Of a stretch of 64,000 nt of DNA, positions 1 to 9,839 are shown in pieces. Position numbers and translations under genes: made by a program. Under the pieces are notes generated by a model, which saw only the letters and a list, made by a program, of their open reading frames with translations, was not told where the DNA came from and ran no database searches. The stretch is taken from positions 1 through 64,000 of IMG/VR virus record IMGVR_UViG_3300042521_002634; one strand, given 5' to 3'. The DNA is from a virus. Every line of letters begins with the position of its first letter. Positions within the stretch are counted from its first letter, which is position 1.

Positions 1-477
1 CTCTGGGTACAAACATGTCTTCCAGTTGTCGTTCAACAAATAGTCAACAGCTGAAAGAAGCTTATTTTTAACTCCAGGACGCGCTGCTTCGAAGTACTCT
101 TTACGTGATGAGTAGAACTGTTTGACAATATTCTCTGGAGCTGTGCTAATTGCGCGCAGACTAGAAAAAATCTGATGCGGAGCCGGAGCGTCGATGAACA
201 TAATCAACTTATCACTGTCTTTAAGCGCGTCTATTACGCTGAGGCCGCCATACGCGTAGTTAGCTGACACGCTTGTGATTGGAGATACACCAGCAACTAC
301 AGCGTCATACTCGTCTAAAAACGCAGCGTCCCATTCAACAGAAGGCGGTTCATGGGTGACGTCGTAGCCTGCTTTCTCAAGGATATCGACAAGAACTCCT
401 GAAAACTGCAGGGTTCTAAGATTAGCGCGAATAGACGACTGCGATGACGTCATTCCCGTAACTAGTACTTTTTTCAT
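1..477 (-). CDS. GT-B (T4 beta-glucosyltransferase-like) glycosyltransferase paralogue, runs off the left edge
   Basis: Not in the ORF track. ATG at 477 overlaps the TGA of the upstream gene (ATGA) and the frame is open to base 1. MKKVLVTGMTSSQ...LEKAGYDV...YDAVVAGVSPITSVSANYAYGGL...MFIDAP aligns by eye with the 474..1679 protein. Confidence 0.6.
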   Translation of the reverse strand, partial: MKKVLVTGMTSSQSSIRANLRTLQFSGVLVDILEKAGYDVTHEPPSVEWDAAFLDEYDAVVAGVSPITSVSANYAYGGLSVIDALKDSDKLIMFIDAPAPHQIFSSLRAISTAPENIVKQFYSSRKEYFEAARPGVKNKLLSAVDYLLNDNWKTCLYPE

Positions 478-1679
478 GCGACTGTGCCGTCTGGGTTGAG
501 TTTAAGTCCTCTATCTTCAGTAGCTGCTCGTGTAACAATTCTGTTGCAGTGCTCGACGAACGATTGGTACGTTGGCATGTGCGGACGAAGCGCCGCCGAC
601 TGTGCGTCGGCTGCTTCTTTGAGTTCGGCGTCGTTCATAGCCTCAACCTGGCGGATAGTTAGTTTATATGGAGCGCCAAGTGGGTCGCCTTCTCCTTTAT
701 CAGTCACAAGAATTGAACCGACGCGAGCGGCGTACATGAATCGGCTACGCCACCAGCCTGACCCAGCGTGCGGGTATGGCGGCGACAAGATTCCCCAGTG
801 ATCATTGTAGAAGCCGAGAACATCAGCTTCAGTCTGAAAGCGCTGACCGCCGTATTTGCGAATAAGTTTTCTACTGCCTACGATTTCAACTGGCCACGCA
901 GGGCTCTTTCTTTCCAACCATGTGTCGTGAGGCATCAACGCGCCAAGAACCCACGAACGCTTTTTTGTAGCCGCGTCAGCAGGTGTGACTGCTTCAAGGG
1001 TGTCATATATCGTTGAGCTCGGATCAAGGGCCTCGATTGGTCCCATAACGCTAGGCATGCGCTTACGAACTAACGTTCTGTTTCCAAATCCATACATTGG
1101 GCACGCTGGCACCATGCCTGCTGCCCATCGCTTTTCTAAGAAGTTTTTTGCAGACTCGACGATCATATTTTCATAAGGTTTTACAGCATCATCAGTGTCA
1201 AGCGAGTAGTACCTGTCGATGTAGATCTTGCCTACTGCGTTTGGATTAAGAGCAATTGCGCGTGCATATGCGGCTTCAGCGTCAGCTCTGCTGAAATAGG
1301 TTGCGCTTTCATCACCGCGTTCTCCAGTAAGAAGATATTTGTAAATCATTTCTGGGTGACGACCCAAAGCTCTGGCACCGTTAAACACCGCGCTGAACTG
1401 CCAGTCATCAAAAAATCCAACGCATGGGCGACCAGAACCAAGCGCGTACAACGAGCCCATAGCGCCTTGACGGCCATTTAACGAGTTTAAAGGAGCAAGA
1501 TTGACCCACACGACGTCATAAATAGAAAGATCTTCTCCTGGTGTAATTTTACGCCAGTCAACTTCGTGGCCAGATTCTCGTAGTGCTTTAACTATTGAGC
1601 CAGGGACGTCAATTTTTTGAATTGTTCGTCGTTCTGTGTTGATCTGTAGCGCGGTAAAACCTGACATTAGGATTTTCAT
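474..1679 (-). CDS. GT-B fold DNA glycosyltransferase, T4 BGT-like
   Basis: MKILMSG N-terminal strand. YDVVWVNLAPLNSLNG...VGFFDDW resembles BGT YDRLIVVNSSINFFGG...YLFTD. WWRSRFMYAARVGSILVTD resembles BGT ITLRVWETMASDAVMLID. Confidence 0.62.
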   Translation of the reverse strand: MKILMSGFTALQINTERRTIQKIDVPGSIVKALRESGHEVDWRKITPGEDLSIYDVVWVNLAPLNSLNGRQGAMGSLYALGSGRPCVGFFDDWQFSAVFNGARALGRHPEMIYKYLLTGERGDESATYFSRADAEAAYARAIALNPNAVGKIYIDRYYSLDTDDAVKPYENMIVESAKNFLEKRWAAGMVPACPMYGFGNRTLVRKRMPSVMGPIEALDPSSTIYDTLEAVTPADAATKKRSWVLGALMPHDTWLERKSPAWPVEIVGSRKLIRKYGGQRFQTEADVLGFYNDHWGILSPPYPHAGSGWWRSRFMYAARVGSILVTDKGEGDPLGAPYKLTIRQVEAMNDAELKEAADAQSAALRPHMPTYQSFVEHCNRIVTRAATEDRGLKLNPDGTVA

Positions 1680-1696
1680 ATGTGATTCCTTTTCTT

Positions 1697-1795
1697 CTAG
1701 TCGTCGTCTTCTACGCCTCTGTCACCGCAGAACGGGTCGACAGGAGCTGGTGACTTACAAGCACACGGATTGTTGCGTTTTCCAATAATTGTCAT
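1697..1795 (-). CDS. 32-aa Cys-containing peptide MTIIGKRNNPCACKSPAPVDPFCGDRGVEDDD
   Basis: ATG at 1795 with an AAGGA SD. Fills the gap between the SSB terminator and the glycosyltransferase. Confidence 0.45.
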   Translation of the reverse strand: MTIIGKRNNPCACKSPAPVDPFCGDRGVEDDD

Positions 1796-1815
1796 AAGTT
1801 CCTTAAGTAGATTAG

Positions 1816-1855
1816 TGTAAGACGCCGCTCCACCGAAGCAGAGCGACGTCTTACG
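1816..1855 (-). terminator. hairpin after the SSB gene
   Basis: GTAAGACG(C)CGCTC...GAGCG(A)CGTCTTAC inverted repeat. Confidence 0.55.
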
Positions 1856-1871
1856 GGCGTTCCAAGTAAAC

Positions 1872-2417
1872 TTAGAACGGTGCGGTTGGCGCTGGCGCCG
1901 GAGCAGCTGCGGCCGCAGCAGCAGGCGCTGCGGCTGGCGCCGGAGCTGGTGCTGGTGCTGGTGCTGGAGCAGGCGCTGGTGCTGGTGCAGCAGCTGCTGC
2001 GGTTGCAGCAGCCTGAACAGCGTAGTACGCCTTAATTTCGTTCTTTTTCTGACCTTGCCATGTTCGTGATCCAATCTGCGCGCGGAACGATCGACCTTTG
2101 AGGATCTGTTCAATCTGAGCGTTTGTAGGACTCTGAGCAAAGTACTCCCGGTTAAGACCAAGAGAATTCATCTTGCGAAAGAAGATTCCAAGTGCTGTCG
2201 GGTTATCGGTTGAAACAACGAGGTTGTCCCAAACAAGGCGCTTTGCGTGCGCTCCAGTCTGGACTTGCGCCTTTACGGCGAACATCGTCTTTCCTGTTTG
2301 TGTTACTTTTGCTACAGCTTCCACGATCTGAAGATCGTAGTCACCGTCCGGAAGCGGGTCGTAATTTCCGGTGTCTGCTGCCTCTTTGACGAGGTCTCCC
2401 CAGTTTAGGGTATTCAT
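1872..2417 (-). CDS. single-stranded DNA-binding protein (DUF669-like)
   Basis: YDPLPDGDYDLQIVEA N-terminus, (AP)n linker, C-terminal PF tip; follows Sak4. Confidence 0.75.
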   Translation of the reverse strand: MNTLNWGDLVKEAADTGNYDPLPDGDYDLQIVEAVAKVTQTGKTMFAVKAQVQTGAHAKRLVWDNLVVSTDNPTALGIFFRKMNSLGLNREYFAQSPTNAQIEQILKGRSFRAQIGSRTWQGQKKNEIKAYYAVQAAATAAAAAPAPAPAPAPAPAPAPAPAAAPAAAAAAAPAPAPTAPF

Positions 2418-2447
2418 TGTCTGTTACCTATCTTTCTGTCTCGTGGT

Positions 2448-3206
2448 TTATTTTTTTGCTTTTGGTTTTTCACCAAACACAATATCAAGCATTCGCTCAA
2501 TACCGAGGTTTTCCTGCTCGACAATTTTGCCGAGTCTACCTTGAACGCGTTCTCCAGCTTCAAACTGGTTAGTTCGCTCAACGTACATACGACGCGCCTT
2601 GTATGGAGGCTGCGTAGGGTCGCCTGTTGAGAATTCTTCAACAGTAATCGCTCCTAAGATGTCGTAGAAATACGGCGCCTGAATTGCAAGTTGACCTTGC
2701 AAGTACGGACGATAACGACCGTCCTGGCTTTGACGTGCCATTGCGGTGAGGACTACAGCCTCGAGCGGAGCAGTCGGGTGCATCGTCAAGTCACGAAGGT
2801 CACGCAATAGCGCTCCCATGTGACGAAGAAGTTCGCCCCATTGCTGCATCTGCATTTGATTTGTACCGGCAATGTTATCCATGCACTTAACTTGTAGTTC
2901 AGACACGGAGTCAATAATCAGTGACTTAAACTGGTGCTTACCCAGCTGCAGCCACTGATACGCCTTAAGCACTGTGTCATACTCTGTCACGTTTACAACG
3001 CATGTATCCCAAGTTCCGTCTGCTACTGGTGGTTCTTCCCGTAGCGGATCCCAGTACTTAACATTGATTGGCAAGAATCTATGTCCGCCTTCAACGTCAA
3101 GCATGAGACGAGGATACGGTGCTGTCACCGCAAATGTTGATTTACCTACCTTAGACTCTCCATAGACCATCATGGTCAAGGAGCGTTGTACTTCACCCAT
3201 TGTCAC
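2448..3206 (-). CDS. sak4: Sak4-like AAA ATPase / ssDNA annealing protein
   Basis: YGESKVGKST Walker A, LDVEGG, IIDSVSE Walker B; Cas4-Sak4-SSB synteny. Confidence 0.8.
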   Translation of the reverse strand: MTMGEVQRSLTMMVYGESKVGKSTFAVTAPYPRLMLDVEGGHRFLPINVKYWDPLREEPPVADGTWDTCVVNVTEYDTVLKAYQWLQLGKHQFKSLIIDSVSELQVKCMDNIAGTNQMQMQQWGELLRHMGALLRDLRDLTMHPTAPLEAVVLTAMARQSQDGRYRPYLQGQLAIQAPYFYDILGAITVEEFSTGDPTQPPYKARRMYVERTNQFEAGERVQGRLGKIVEQENLGIERMLDIVFGEKPKAKK

Positions 3207-4153
3207 TCACTTCCTTTTATGTCTCTTGATTTGTAGTATTCATACGGGTCGGCGACCTCGTACATCTCAGTGATTGCGTTCTCGGCGGCGCTTCCGTCGT
3301 CGATAAGCGGACAAACACTAAAGAACTGACACTTCCATTTGCAGTCACGACTAGGCCGTGGGTATGCAACGAAGTGATGATCGTGGCCTTCATCAAGCGA
3401 CTTTTTTGTCTCCATCAAGTCTTTGATTGTTCCATGAATTCTTGCCCAAAATGATCGCAATGCGAACACATTATGGCGAACTTCCATTTGTTCGTAGAAC
3501 GGTGGCCTTGCGTTTGCTGAACGCTTGACCTTTTTTAGCATTGTAAAGATGCCACCTTCACTTCGTTCTCCTTCCTTATTTTGCGCTGTCTCCAGCATCA
3601 TATAAGTAAGGATCTGCTCATTCATGTGAGCCATTGAGGTGAAGTCTGTGAATGATCCGCCGACTGTCTTAAAGTCACGGAACATACGCACACCGTCACC
3701 GCGACGACGAACACGCATGTCAAGTTTACCTTGAAGTTCGACTGCACCGTCAAACAAAGGCATGCTGATTATTTCTTCAGTTGAGATCATTTCAAGCTCG
3801 GCATCAATACCGTTCTCTTCTACCCATTGAAGATATCCTTCAAGCATGATGCGCCCAAGTTCGGCTTCACTGTCAAGGTCTACAGTGTCACGGTAACTGT
3901 CGATAAGAGCCTGCTTGTCACGGTCTACGAACATCGAGTGCGCCTCAAGCAGCGGAATACCTTGGCCGTAGTACGCGTCAAGCGCGTTGTGAATTCTAGA
4001 ACCAAGCGCCAGCGCGCCGGTCATGTTTTGAGTCTTTGGTTGAAGACGTCGGTAATACGCCAACCACCACTTGCGTCTGCAGTCTTTGTATGTCTGCAGC
4101 TCGCTGTTAGAGAGCTTGTACGGCATGTTTACTTGTGTGACTGTATCTGTCAT
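3203..4153 (-). CDS. Cas4/RecB-like PD-(D/E)XK exonuclease
   Basis: LSNSELQTYKDCRRKW, GSRIH, GKLD...DFKT, and C-terminal C-x3-C-x5-C Fe-S cysteines. Confidence 0.85.
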   Translation of the reverse strand: MTDTVTQVNMPYKLSNSELQTYKDCRRKWWLAYYRRLQPKTQNMTGALALGSRIHNALDAYYGQGIPLLEAHSMFVDRDKQALIDSYRDTVDLDSEAELGRIMLEGYLQWVEENGIDAELEMISTEEIISMPLFDGAVELQGKLDMRVRRRGDGVRMFRDFKTVGGSFTDFTSMAHMNEQILTYMMLETAQNKEGERSEGGIFTMLKKVKRSANARPPFYEQMEVRHNVFALRSFWARIHGTIKDLMETKKSLDEGHDHHFVAYPRPSRDCKWKCQFFSVCPLIDDGSAAENAITEMYEVADPYEYYKSRDIKGSE

Positions 4154-5943
4154 TACGCTTTCTCCGATCGCAACATATCTAGAAGTTGCGCCTTATCTCG
4201 AACGATTTGTTCGAAGTTGTCTGCTTTTGTATCTAGCACTTGAATTACACGCTCTTCAATGGTGTCCTCTGTTACGTAGTCCATAATGACGATGCTGTCA
4301 TGAATTTCACTACCAATGCGGTGTACTCTGTCCATTGCTTGTTTATGATCAATAAGTGACCATGGACGTTGAAGCATGACAAGTCGTCTAGCCGCGGTAA
4401 GAGTGATGCCAACGCCTCCAGCCTGAGCAGTGAACAATATCCATTTAATTTTTCCAGACTGGAAGTCATCAACGGCTTGCTGGCGTTCGTCCTCATTTTG
4501 CGCGCCTGTAATTAACCCGTGAGGTATCTTTTTAGCAGTCATCTGAGCACTTAGTAGTTCAATAAGTTGGCGAGATACTGCGCATACAGCGACAGAATCA
4601 TCACCAAAGTCTCCATTTGATATGTCGTCCATAAGCGCGTCTACCTTGCACGATGGCTCTGCAAGAAGCGCTTTTATTTCACCAGTGTCTTCGTCAATAT
4701 CTAACTGCGCGTACGAGCTGGCAAACTGCAGAAGACGTATAGTCTGAGTTAGCGGACTTGGCGCTGTAAGAGCGTCTCCACCTTCAAGTTCAGCAATCAT
4801 AAGATCACGCATTTGCTGATACGCTTTCTTTTGCTTAGTAGACATCTCAACATCACGACGCTCTGTGACTACTGGCGGAAGCCACTGCAACACCTTAGCT
4901 TTGAGCATTCGACGCATTCTTGGATTTATCGCCGCGTAAAATTCTTCTTCCATATGAGGTTTTACGCCAAGAACCATCATTCCGCCAAACGCATTCAACA
5001 TGGTGTTAATCATGCGATCAACCCAGCGAGTCTTGCTTGGCCATTCTTCAGGCGATAGCCAATGAAGAATCGGCCAAAGATCTAAAACGTTATTGGCGAT
5101 AGGTGTACCTGTAAGAGCAAATCTAAATTTTGCGCTGCCTGTTGCCGCCCAAAGTGCACGCGTCTGTTTTGATTTAGGCTCTTTGGAGCGGTGAATTTCG
5201 TCGGCAATGACTGAGTTAAAGTCAATTTTATTAAGTTCACGAATATGAACTTCACAGCGGTTTTCTGTGACCTTTTCATCATGGCCGCCGCAGTCACGGC
5301 AGCGTGCTAACGATACCGAGCCATAAGAAGCCAGCCGTGAGTGACCTCGAAGAGATTCCCAGTTAATGACAAATACGTCAACATCTTCCTCAAACTGTTT
5401 CCGTCGTTGCATTGCTGAACCTTTGACTACCTGCACTTTTACATCTGGCCACCATCTGGCGAATTCTCTTTCCCAGTTCTTTTTAAGCGTGTTTGGGCAA
5501 ACAACAAGCGCGGGGAACACTTTTTCACCGCGGCTGCGAAGTTCTTTAAGCGCCGTTATTGCTTGTGCTGTTTTCCCAAGACCAGGCTCATCAGCAAGAA
5601 GTGCCCTGTGTGCCGTAGCAAGAAACTGAACACCAGCGCGTTGGTGAGGAAACAGCGTGTCTTCACCGTCAATTGCTTCAACAGAACGAAGAGCGTTAGC
5701 AGGCGCAACGCGTGTCAATAGCTCATTTGTCGCCCAGTCAGTTAACCGCTGGCCAATGACAAGTTCTGACTTAAAAGTTGATCGCAACGCTAGACACGTT
5801 GCCCAGCCGACAGGTGTTTTCCACGTTTGCTCGCTAGACGACCACGTAGCGCCTGGGATACTCTTGCACAGCTCTTTGTAACGCCATTCAGCGTTAATAA
5901 TTATGTATCTACCCGTGCTATCGAGTTCTGCTTGTACTGTCAC
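4153..5943 (-). CDS. SNF2-family helicase
   Basis: LADEPGLGKT, DEIH, TGTP, QAMDRVHRIG; CxxC insertion. Confidence 0.9.
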   Translation of the reverse strand: MTVQAELDSTGRYIIINAEWRYKELCKSIPGATWSSSEQTWKTPVGWATCLALRSTFKSELVIGQRLTDWATNELLTRVAPANALRSVEAIDGEDTLFPHQRAGVQFLATAHRALLADEPGLGKTAQAITALKELRSRGEKVFPALVVCPNTLKKNWEREFARWWPDVKVQVVKGSAMQRRKQFEEDVDVFVINWESLRGHSRLASYGSVSLARCRDCGGHDEKVTENRCEVHIRELNKIDFNSVIADEIHRSKEPKSKQTRALWAATGSAKFRFALTGTPIANNVLDLWPILHWLSPEEWPSKTRWVDRMINTMLNAFGGMMVLGVKPHMEEEFYAAINPRMRRMLKAKVLQWLPPVVTERRDVEMSTKQKKAYQQMRDLMIAELEGGDALTAPSPLTQTIRLLQFASSYAQLDIDEDTGEIKALLAEPSCKVDALMDDISNGDFGDDSVAVCAVSRQLIELLSAQMTAKKIPHGLITGAQNEDERQQAVDDFQSGKIKWILFTAQAGGVGITLTAARRLVMLQRPWSLIDHKQAMDRVHRIGSEIHDSIVIMDYVTEDTIEERVIQVLDTKADNFEQIVRDKAQLLDMLRSEKA

Positions 5944-6033
5944 CTACACAATCCTTCCGTCATTTCGTATGTCTATATTACCATATACTAAGACACTTTA
6001 CTGCAAGTTTGCAGATATTTTCTTAGTATATGG

Positions 6034-6504
6034 CTATCTAAGCAATTTCATTGGTTTCCAACCAGTCTTTACTAAGCGAAGAAGCCCGTGTCTTATTGCG
6101 TCAAGAGCGTGACCTTCTCCACCTCTATGCCAGTACTCTAGCTTTTTAAGAGCGTCGTTAGAGAACATCTTCTTCGCGTCTGATGGAGATTGAAAAATCA
6201 ATTCATCAGGGTCAATTCCGTTGTCAAGCATAATGTACTTCAAAATACCAATCTGCTCCAAACTATACGGAGCTTGCGAGTTCCTTACTGTCTGCGCATT
6301 TATAATAAACCTCTCGCATACGATCTCTACTTTAGAGTCTGTTGCTTTAGCATATTTAAGCGTTTCGTAGATAGGCAAGTGGTACTCTTTCATTTGGTAC
6401 TCACCAGACTTCTCAAGCACAGGCTCTCCGCCTGGCGTAATTGAGAAAGTGCAGATACCGCTTGCTTTACCCGGATCTACTGAAAGAATAATTCTGTCGC
6501 CCAT
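6034..6504 (-). CDS. RuvC-like Holliday junction resolvase
   Basis: ILSVDPGKASG, VCERF, HALDAIRH; start overlaps the pol stop (TAATG). Confidence 0.75.
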   Translation of the reverse strand: MGDRIILSVDPGKASGICTFSITPGGEPVLEKSGEYQMKEYHLPIYETLKYAKATDSKVEIVCERFIINAQTVRNSQAPYSLEQIGILKYIMLDNGIDPDELIFQSPSDAKKMFSNDALKKLEYWHRGGEGHALDAIRHGLLRLVKTGWKPMKLLR

Positions 6505-8327
6505 TAGTACTTTTCTCCCCATGTTTCAAGTGGACCATCAATACCTGCAGTTAGCGGAACTGCCCAGCCGTCTGAAGTTGTCATGCACTGCTTTACAATT
6601 CTTTTTATTTCTTCAGCGTCTTTTCGCGGCGCGTTTAGCACGATTTCGTCGTGCACTGGAACGATCAACAGTTCTGTCAAGTCTGCTTGGTCGAGTTTCA
6701 CAAGATTTGATTTGAACACTTCAGCAGCTCCACCTTGAATAAGGTAATTGACAAGAGTGTATACACGATCTTCGTCGCACGGCAGTCGACGGCCTGTCCA
6801 TGTGTAGACATAACCTTGACCTTCGTCGCGGAGCCGACGCATTCCGGCGTCTTCAACTTGCTTTTGAAAGTACGACATTCCAGGAAAACGCAGGTCAAAA
6901 GCGTCAGATACAGCGCGCATTTGCGGTTCTGCAACGCCTGCTGTAATCGCCTGTTTTGCAACTCCAGCGCCATAGAGTCTTCCGTAGACCGTGCCTTTTA
7001 TCAGTCCACGACGCTTGTCTGAGCGTTCCATTGTCGGGTCTGCATATATTTCACGACCAATCTCAGTAAAGGGGTCAGACCCGATTGAGTCAGCGCGGTT
7101 AAACAGATCAATCAAATTGTTGTCATTTGAAAGACTTGCGAACATTCTAAATTCGACTTGGTCTAAGTCTGATGTAACAATTACGTGATTTTCATCTTTT
7201 GGAAGAAACGCCCTGCGCACTACATCGTCGCCTTTTGGCAGTGTCTGCAGCGCCGGGTTTTGTATTGACATGCGTGAAGTTCTAGCACCTAGAGTCTTCA
7301 CAGACGGGTGAACAAACCCATTGACATTTTCGCTTAAAAAGTTAGAAAAATAGGTATTGGCAAGTTTGTCGGCCTTGCGCTGTTTTAGAACTATGTCAGC
7401 AAGTTGCTTGACTTCATCGTTGCCGTTGATTTTAAGAATCTTCAATTGGTCTTTAGTGCACGATTTCTGCCCTGTTGGCGTAAACTCTGTGATCTCTGCT
7501 CCGATACTCTCGAACAAGCGAACTAGTTGTTGATTGCTAGTGATTGACGCGCCACCGTACGTCTGCTTGGCCCAGGTTTTTACTGACTCGGTGTACGTCG
7601 TAAGTTCTTCGTATTTCTTTTTTGAGTACTCAAGATCTACTCGTGCGCCATTCAGCTCCATACGAGTGACGATGCGACGAGTCTGCATTTCAAGTTCATA
7701 AGGCTTGTGGTACGGCCCATCTGGACCACACTGCTTATAGAACATTTCCCACAGCCGTGTAGTTAGCACGCAGTCTAGCGCGCCGTACGACCAGTAAGGT
7801 TTGAAGTCTACTGGAACTGTTCCCCAAGTCCAGCCGTTCTTAGCAAGTTCTTCATCAAGTGTGTTTTGTAGAGTTACAGCGCGGCCATCGACGTGCAAAG
7901 CTGCAAGTCGTTTAAGCGCTCCTGAGCCTAGTGGATCGATGATGTGCGCCATAATCATCGTGTCGTGTGCGCGGTGCCACGGCATCTTCCAACGCGATTG
8001 AACATCAAACCAACGAGCTTCAAACGCAATGTTGTGACAGATCAGCGGTCCGTCAAATTTATCCATTGCTTCATAGAAAACACCTGCCCATTCTCCCCAT
8101 GGAATTGACCAACCTTGTTCTCCATCACCAACCTGCACTAAGCGCAGTCGACCATGCCATGGCGAGAACGCGTGCTCTCTAGGATTGCCAGGCAGTTCGC
8201 CAGTTTCTGTGTCTACAGACAGCGCGTCGTATGGGCGACGCTGGCTAAGCCAGTGTATGAAATCACTTGCCTTTTGTGAGCTATCAACCAAATGAAGCTG
8301 CACGTTTGCAAGATTATCAGTCGACAT
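6504..8327 (-). CDS. polA: family A DNA polymerase with 3'-5' exonuclease
   Basis: Exo motifs DTET, HNIAFE, YGALD; motif A DLDQVEFR; motif B RRGLIKGTVYGRLYG; motif C VHDE. Confidence 0.95.
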   Translation of the reverse strand: MSTDNLANVQLHLVDSSQKASDFIHWLSQRRPYDALSVDTETGELPGNPREHAFSPWHGRLRLVQVGDGEQGWSIPWGEWAGVFYEAMDKFDGPLICHNIAFEARWFDVQSRWKMPWHRAHDTMIMAHIIDPLGSGALKRLAALHVDGRAVTLQNTLDEELAKNGWTWGTVPVDFKPYWSYGALDCVLTTRLWEMFYKQCGPDGPYHKPYELEMQTRRIVTRMELNGARVDLEYSKKKYEELTTYTESVKTWAKQTYGGASITSNQQLVRLFESIGAEITEFTPTGQKSCTKDQLKILKINGNDEVKQLADIVLKQRKADKLANTYFSNFLSENVNGFVHPSVKTLGARTSRMSIQNPALQTLPKGDDVVRRAFLPKDENHVIVTSDLDQVEFRMFASLSNDNNLIDLFNRADSIGSDPFTEIGREIYADPTMERSDKRRGLIKGTVYGRLYGAGVAKQAITAGVAEPQMRAVSDAFDLRFPGMSYFQKQVEDAGMRRLRDEGQGYVYTWTGRRLPCDEDRVYTLVNYLIQGGAAEVFKSNLVKLDQADLTELLIVPVHDEIVLNAPRKDAEEIKRIVKQCMTTSDGWAVPLTAGIDGPLETWGEKY

Positions 8328-8799
8328 CTTTATCCTTGACTAGCGTGACAACTAAACTGCACTTTTCCATAAACGCGACGACATCATATGGTCTACGATG
8401 CATGTCAGCCTTGCGCAGTCTAGACACTACTCTGCGTATTCCTGAGTTTGAAATAAGCTTAGCGCACTGCATGCACGGCACACTTGTTATGTAGATAGTT
8501 CCATTCTCGCTTCGTGATCTATCAACGTACAGAAGCGCGTTTGCCTCTGCGTGAACAGCAGGGCAAGCATCATATAAGTTGTCAAGTGGGCTTAAACCTT
8601 TAGCGCGATCGCACCAGTTGATGCAGTCGCCTGACTCTGGCCAACTAGCGGCTGGTCCATTGTACCCAGTGGCAACAATGTGTTGATCATGAGAAACGAT
8701 CACTGCGCCCATCTGCGCCCGCGTGCATCGAGATCGCGCAGACACGATGTCAGCGACGGACAACCATGTATCGTCCCAAGACAACCTTTTAAGCGTCAT
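8317..8799 (-). CDS. dCMP deaminase
   Basis: ATGYNG, HAEANA, PCMQC zinc-deaminase motifs. Confidence 0.92.
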   Translation of the reverse strand: MTLKRLSWDDTWLSVADIVSARSRCTRAQMGAVIVSHDQHIVATGYNGPAASWPESGDCINWCDRAKGLSPLDNLYDACPAVHAEANALLYVDRSRSENGTIYITSVPCMQCAKLISNSGIRRVVSRLRKADMHRRPYDVVAFMEKCSLVVTLVKDKDVD

Positions 8800-8979
8800 T
8801 TACTCTTCTTCCTTGTTGTTTTCTTCGATTATAGAGCCAACTGTGCCGGTCAGTATTTTTGCAACAAGTTCTAACGCCTCTTTGCGACTGAATCCTGCAC
8901 GTCTAAACTCTGAAAACACTTCATGCATCTGTACAGCAACGCTTCTAAGTGGGCTTGGATAGTCGTCGTCTTCTTTCAC
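8800..8979 (-). CDS. 59-aa hypothetical protein (..EFRRAGFSRKEALELV..)
   Basis: Not in the ORF track. GTG start overlaps the upstream TGA and the ORF exactly fills the gap. Confidence 0.6.
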   Translation of the reverse strand: MKEDDDYPSPLRSVAVQMHEVFSEFRRAGFSRKEALELVAKILTGTVGSIIEENNKEEE

Positions 8980-9839
8980 TTGCTCTCCTTTTTGAAGTTC
9001 TTCTCTATAGCCGAAATCATCGCGTCAGTGTACCACTTTTGATCTGGAGTTAGCCGTTGACGGATGTACTCATCAAACACCGCGTCAAGCGCATGACGGG
9101 CTTTTGCCTCTACTTGCGTCCATGAAGACCCAGTTATTGGCGGTATCGATTCAATAGAGCTTCGCTCTACATGATGTAGATCTTCAGCTACTTCGTAGTG
9201 CTGCTCGTACAAATGCAACGAGCCGACATGATGTCCGTACGTCCCTGGCTCAATTCCAAGTATAGACGCCATGGCGATTTGTACTCTAGTAAACTGAAAA
9301 AAGTCATATGCAGCGCCAAGCCAGACGTCATTGGATCTCATGTAGACGCTCATGTTAAGTCTGTTATTGCGAATTCTAAACTGATGAAGAATAGTGCAAG
9401 GGTAGTCGCGTTTGTTTGATTGCAAGTCTAATTCTGGGTCCCAGATAGTTACAACTGCTTGCCGCGTACTAGGATCGTTTTTAAGTCTGTCTAGCGCCTT
9501 AGCGTACTGTGTGTGCGTGCGTAGACCGTACGCGCCGTGAAACAGTCCGTTGTCTTCTGCAAAATTTTTGAACTGCGGACCGACGGCTATGACTGTCTTT
9601 GGATAGCTTACGCCAGCAATTAGCTGACAAGCTTCGACTGCGCCAATGCCAGGCACCGCGCCGCGGCTGACGCCAACAGGCAGAGTATTATAGACGTTAT
9701 CAATGAAGACAGTGGCATCTTCAATTTCTTTAGTTTGCTGCCCGCGCGGAGCAACTTCTTTGCCATACTTAAGAACCCAGTTAACAAGATCGACGTAGCC
9801 GTTCACTCCGTCTTCAACACGAATTACCGTAGTGTCCAT
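8976..9839 (-). CDS. thymidylate synthase-family enzyme of dCMP type (dCMP hydroxymethylase-like)
   Basis: RQAV, YPC catalytic Cys, MRSNDVWLGAAYD with Asp at the ThyA Asn177 position, GSLHLYE. Confidence 0.8.
   Translation of the reverse strand: MDTTVIRVEDGVNGYVDLVNWVLKYGKEVAPRGQQTKEIEDATVFIDNVYNTLPVGVSRGAVPGIGAVEACQLIAGVSYPKTVIAVGPQFKNFAEDNGLFHGAYGLRTHTQYAKALDRLKNDPSTRQAVVTIWDPELDLQSNKRDYPCTILHQFRIRNNRLNMSVYMRSNDVWLGAAYDFFQFTRVQIAMASILGIEPGTYGHHVGSLHLYEQHYEVAEDLHHVERSSIESIPPITGSSWTQVEAKARHALDAVFDEYIRQRLTPDQKWYTDAMISAIEKNFKKESK

Noticed and set aside
3203-4153. CRISPR-associated cas4
   Set aside because: No other cas genes are present; it sits in the usual phage Cas4-like/Sak4/SSB recombination module.
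8976-9839. Ordinary thyA
   Set aside because: Asp replaces the dUMP-specifying Asn177, so the thyA symbol was withheld.
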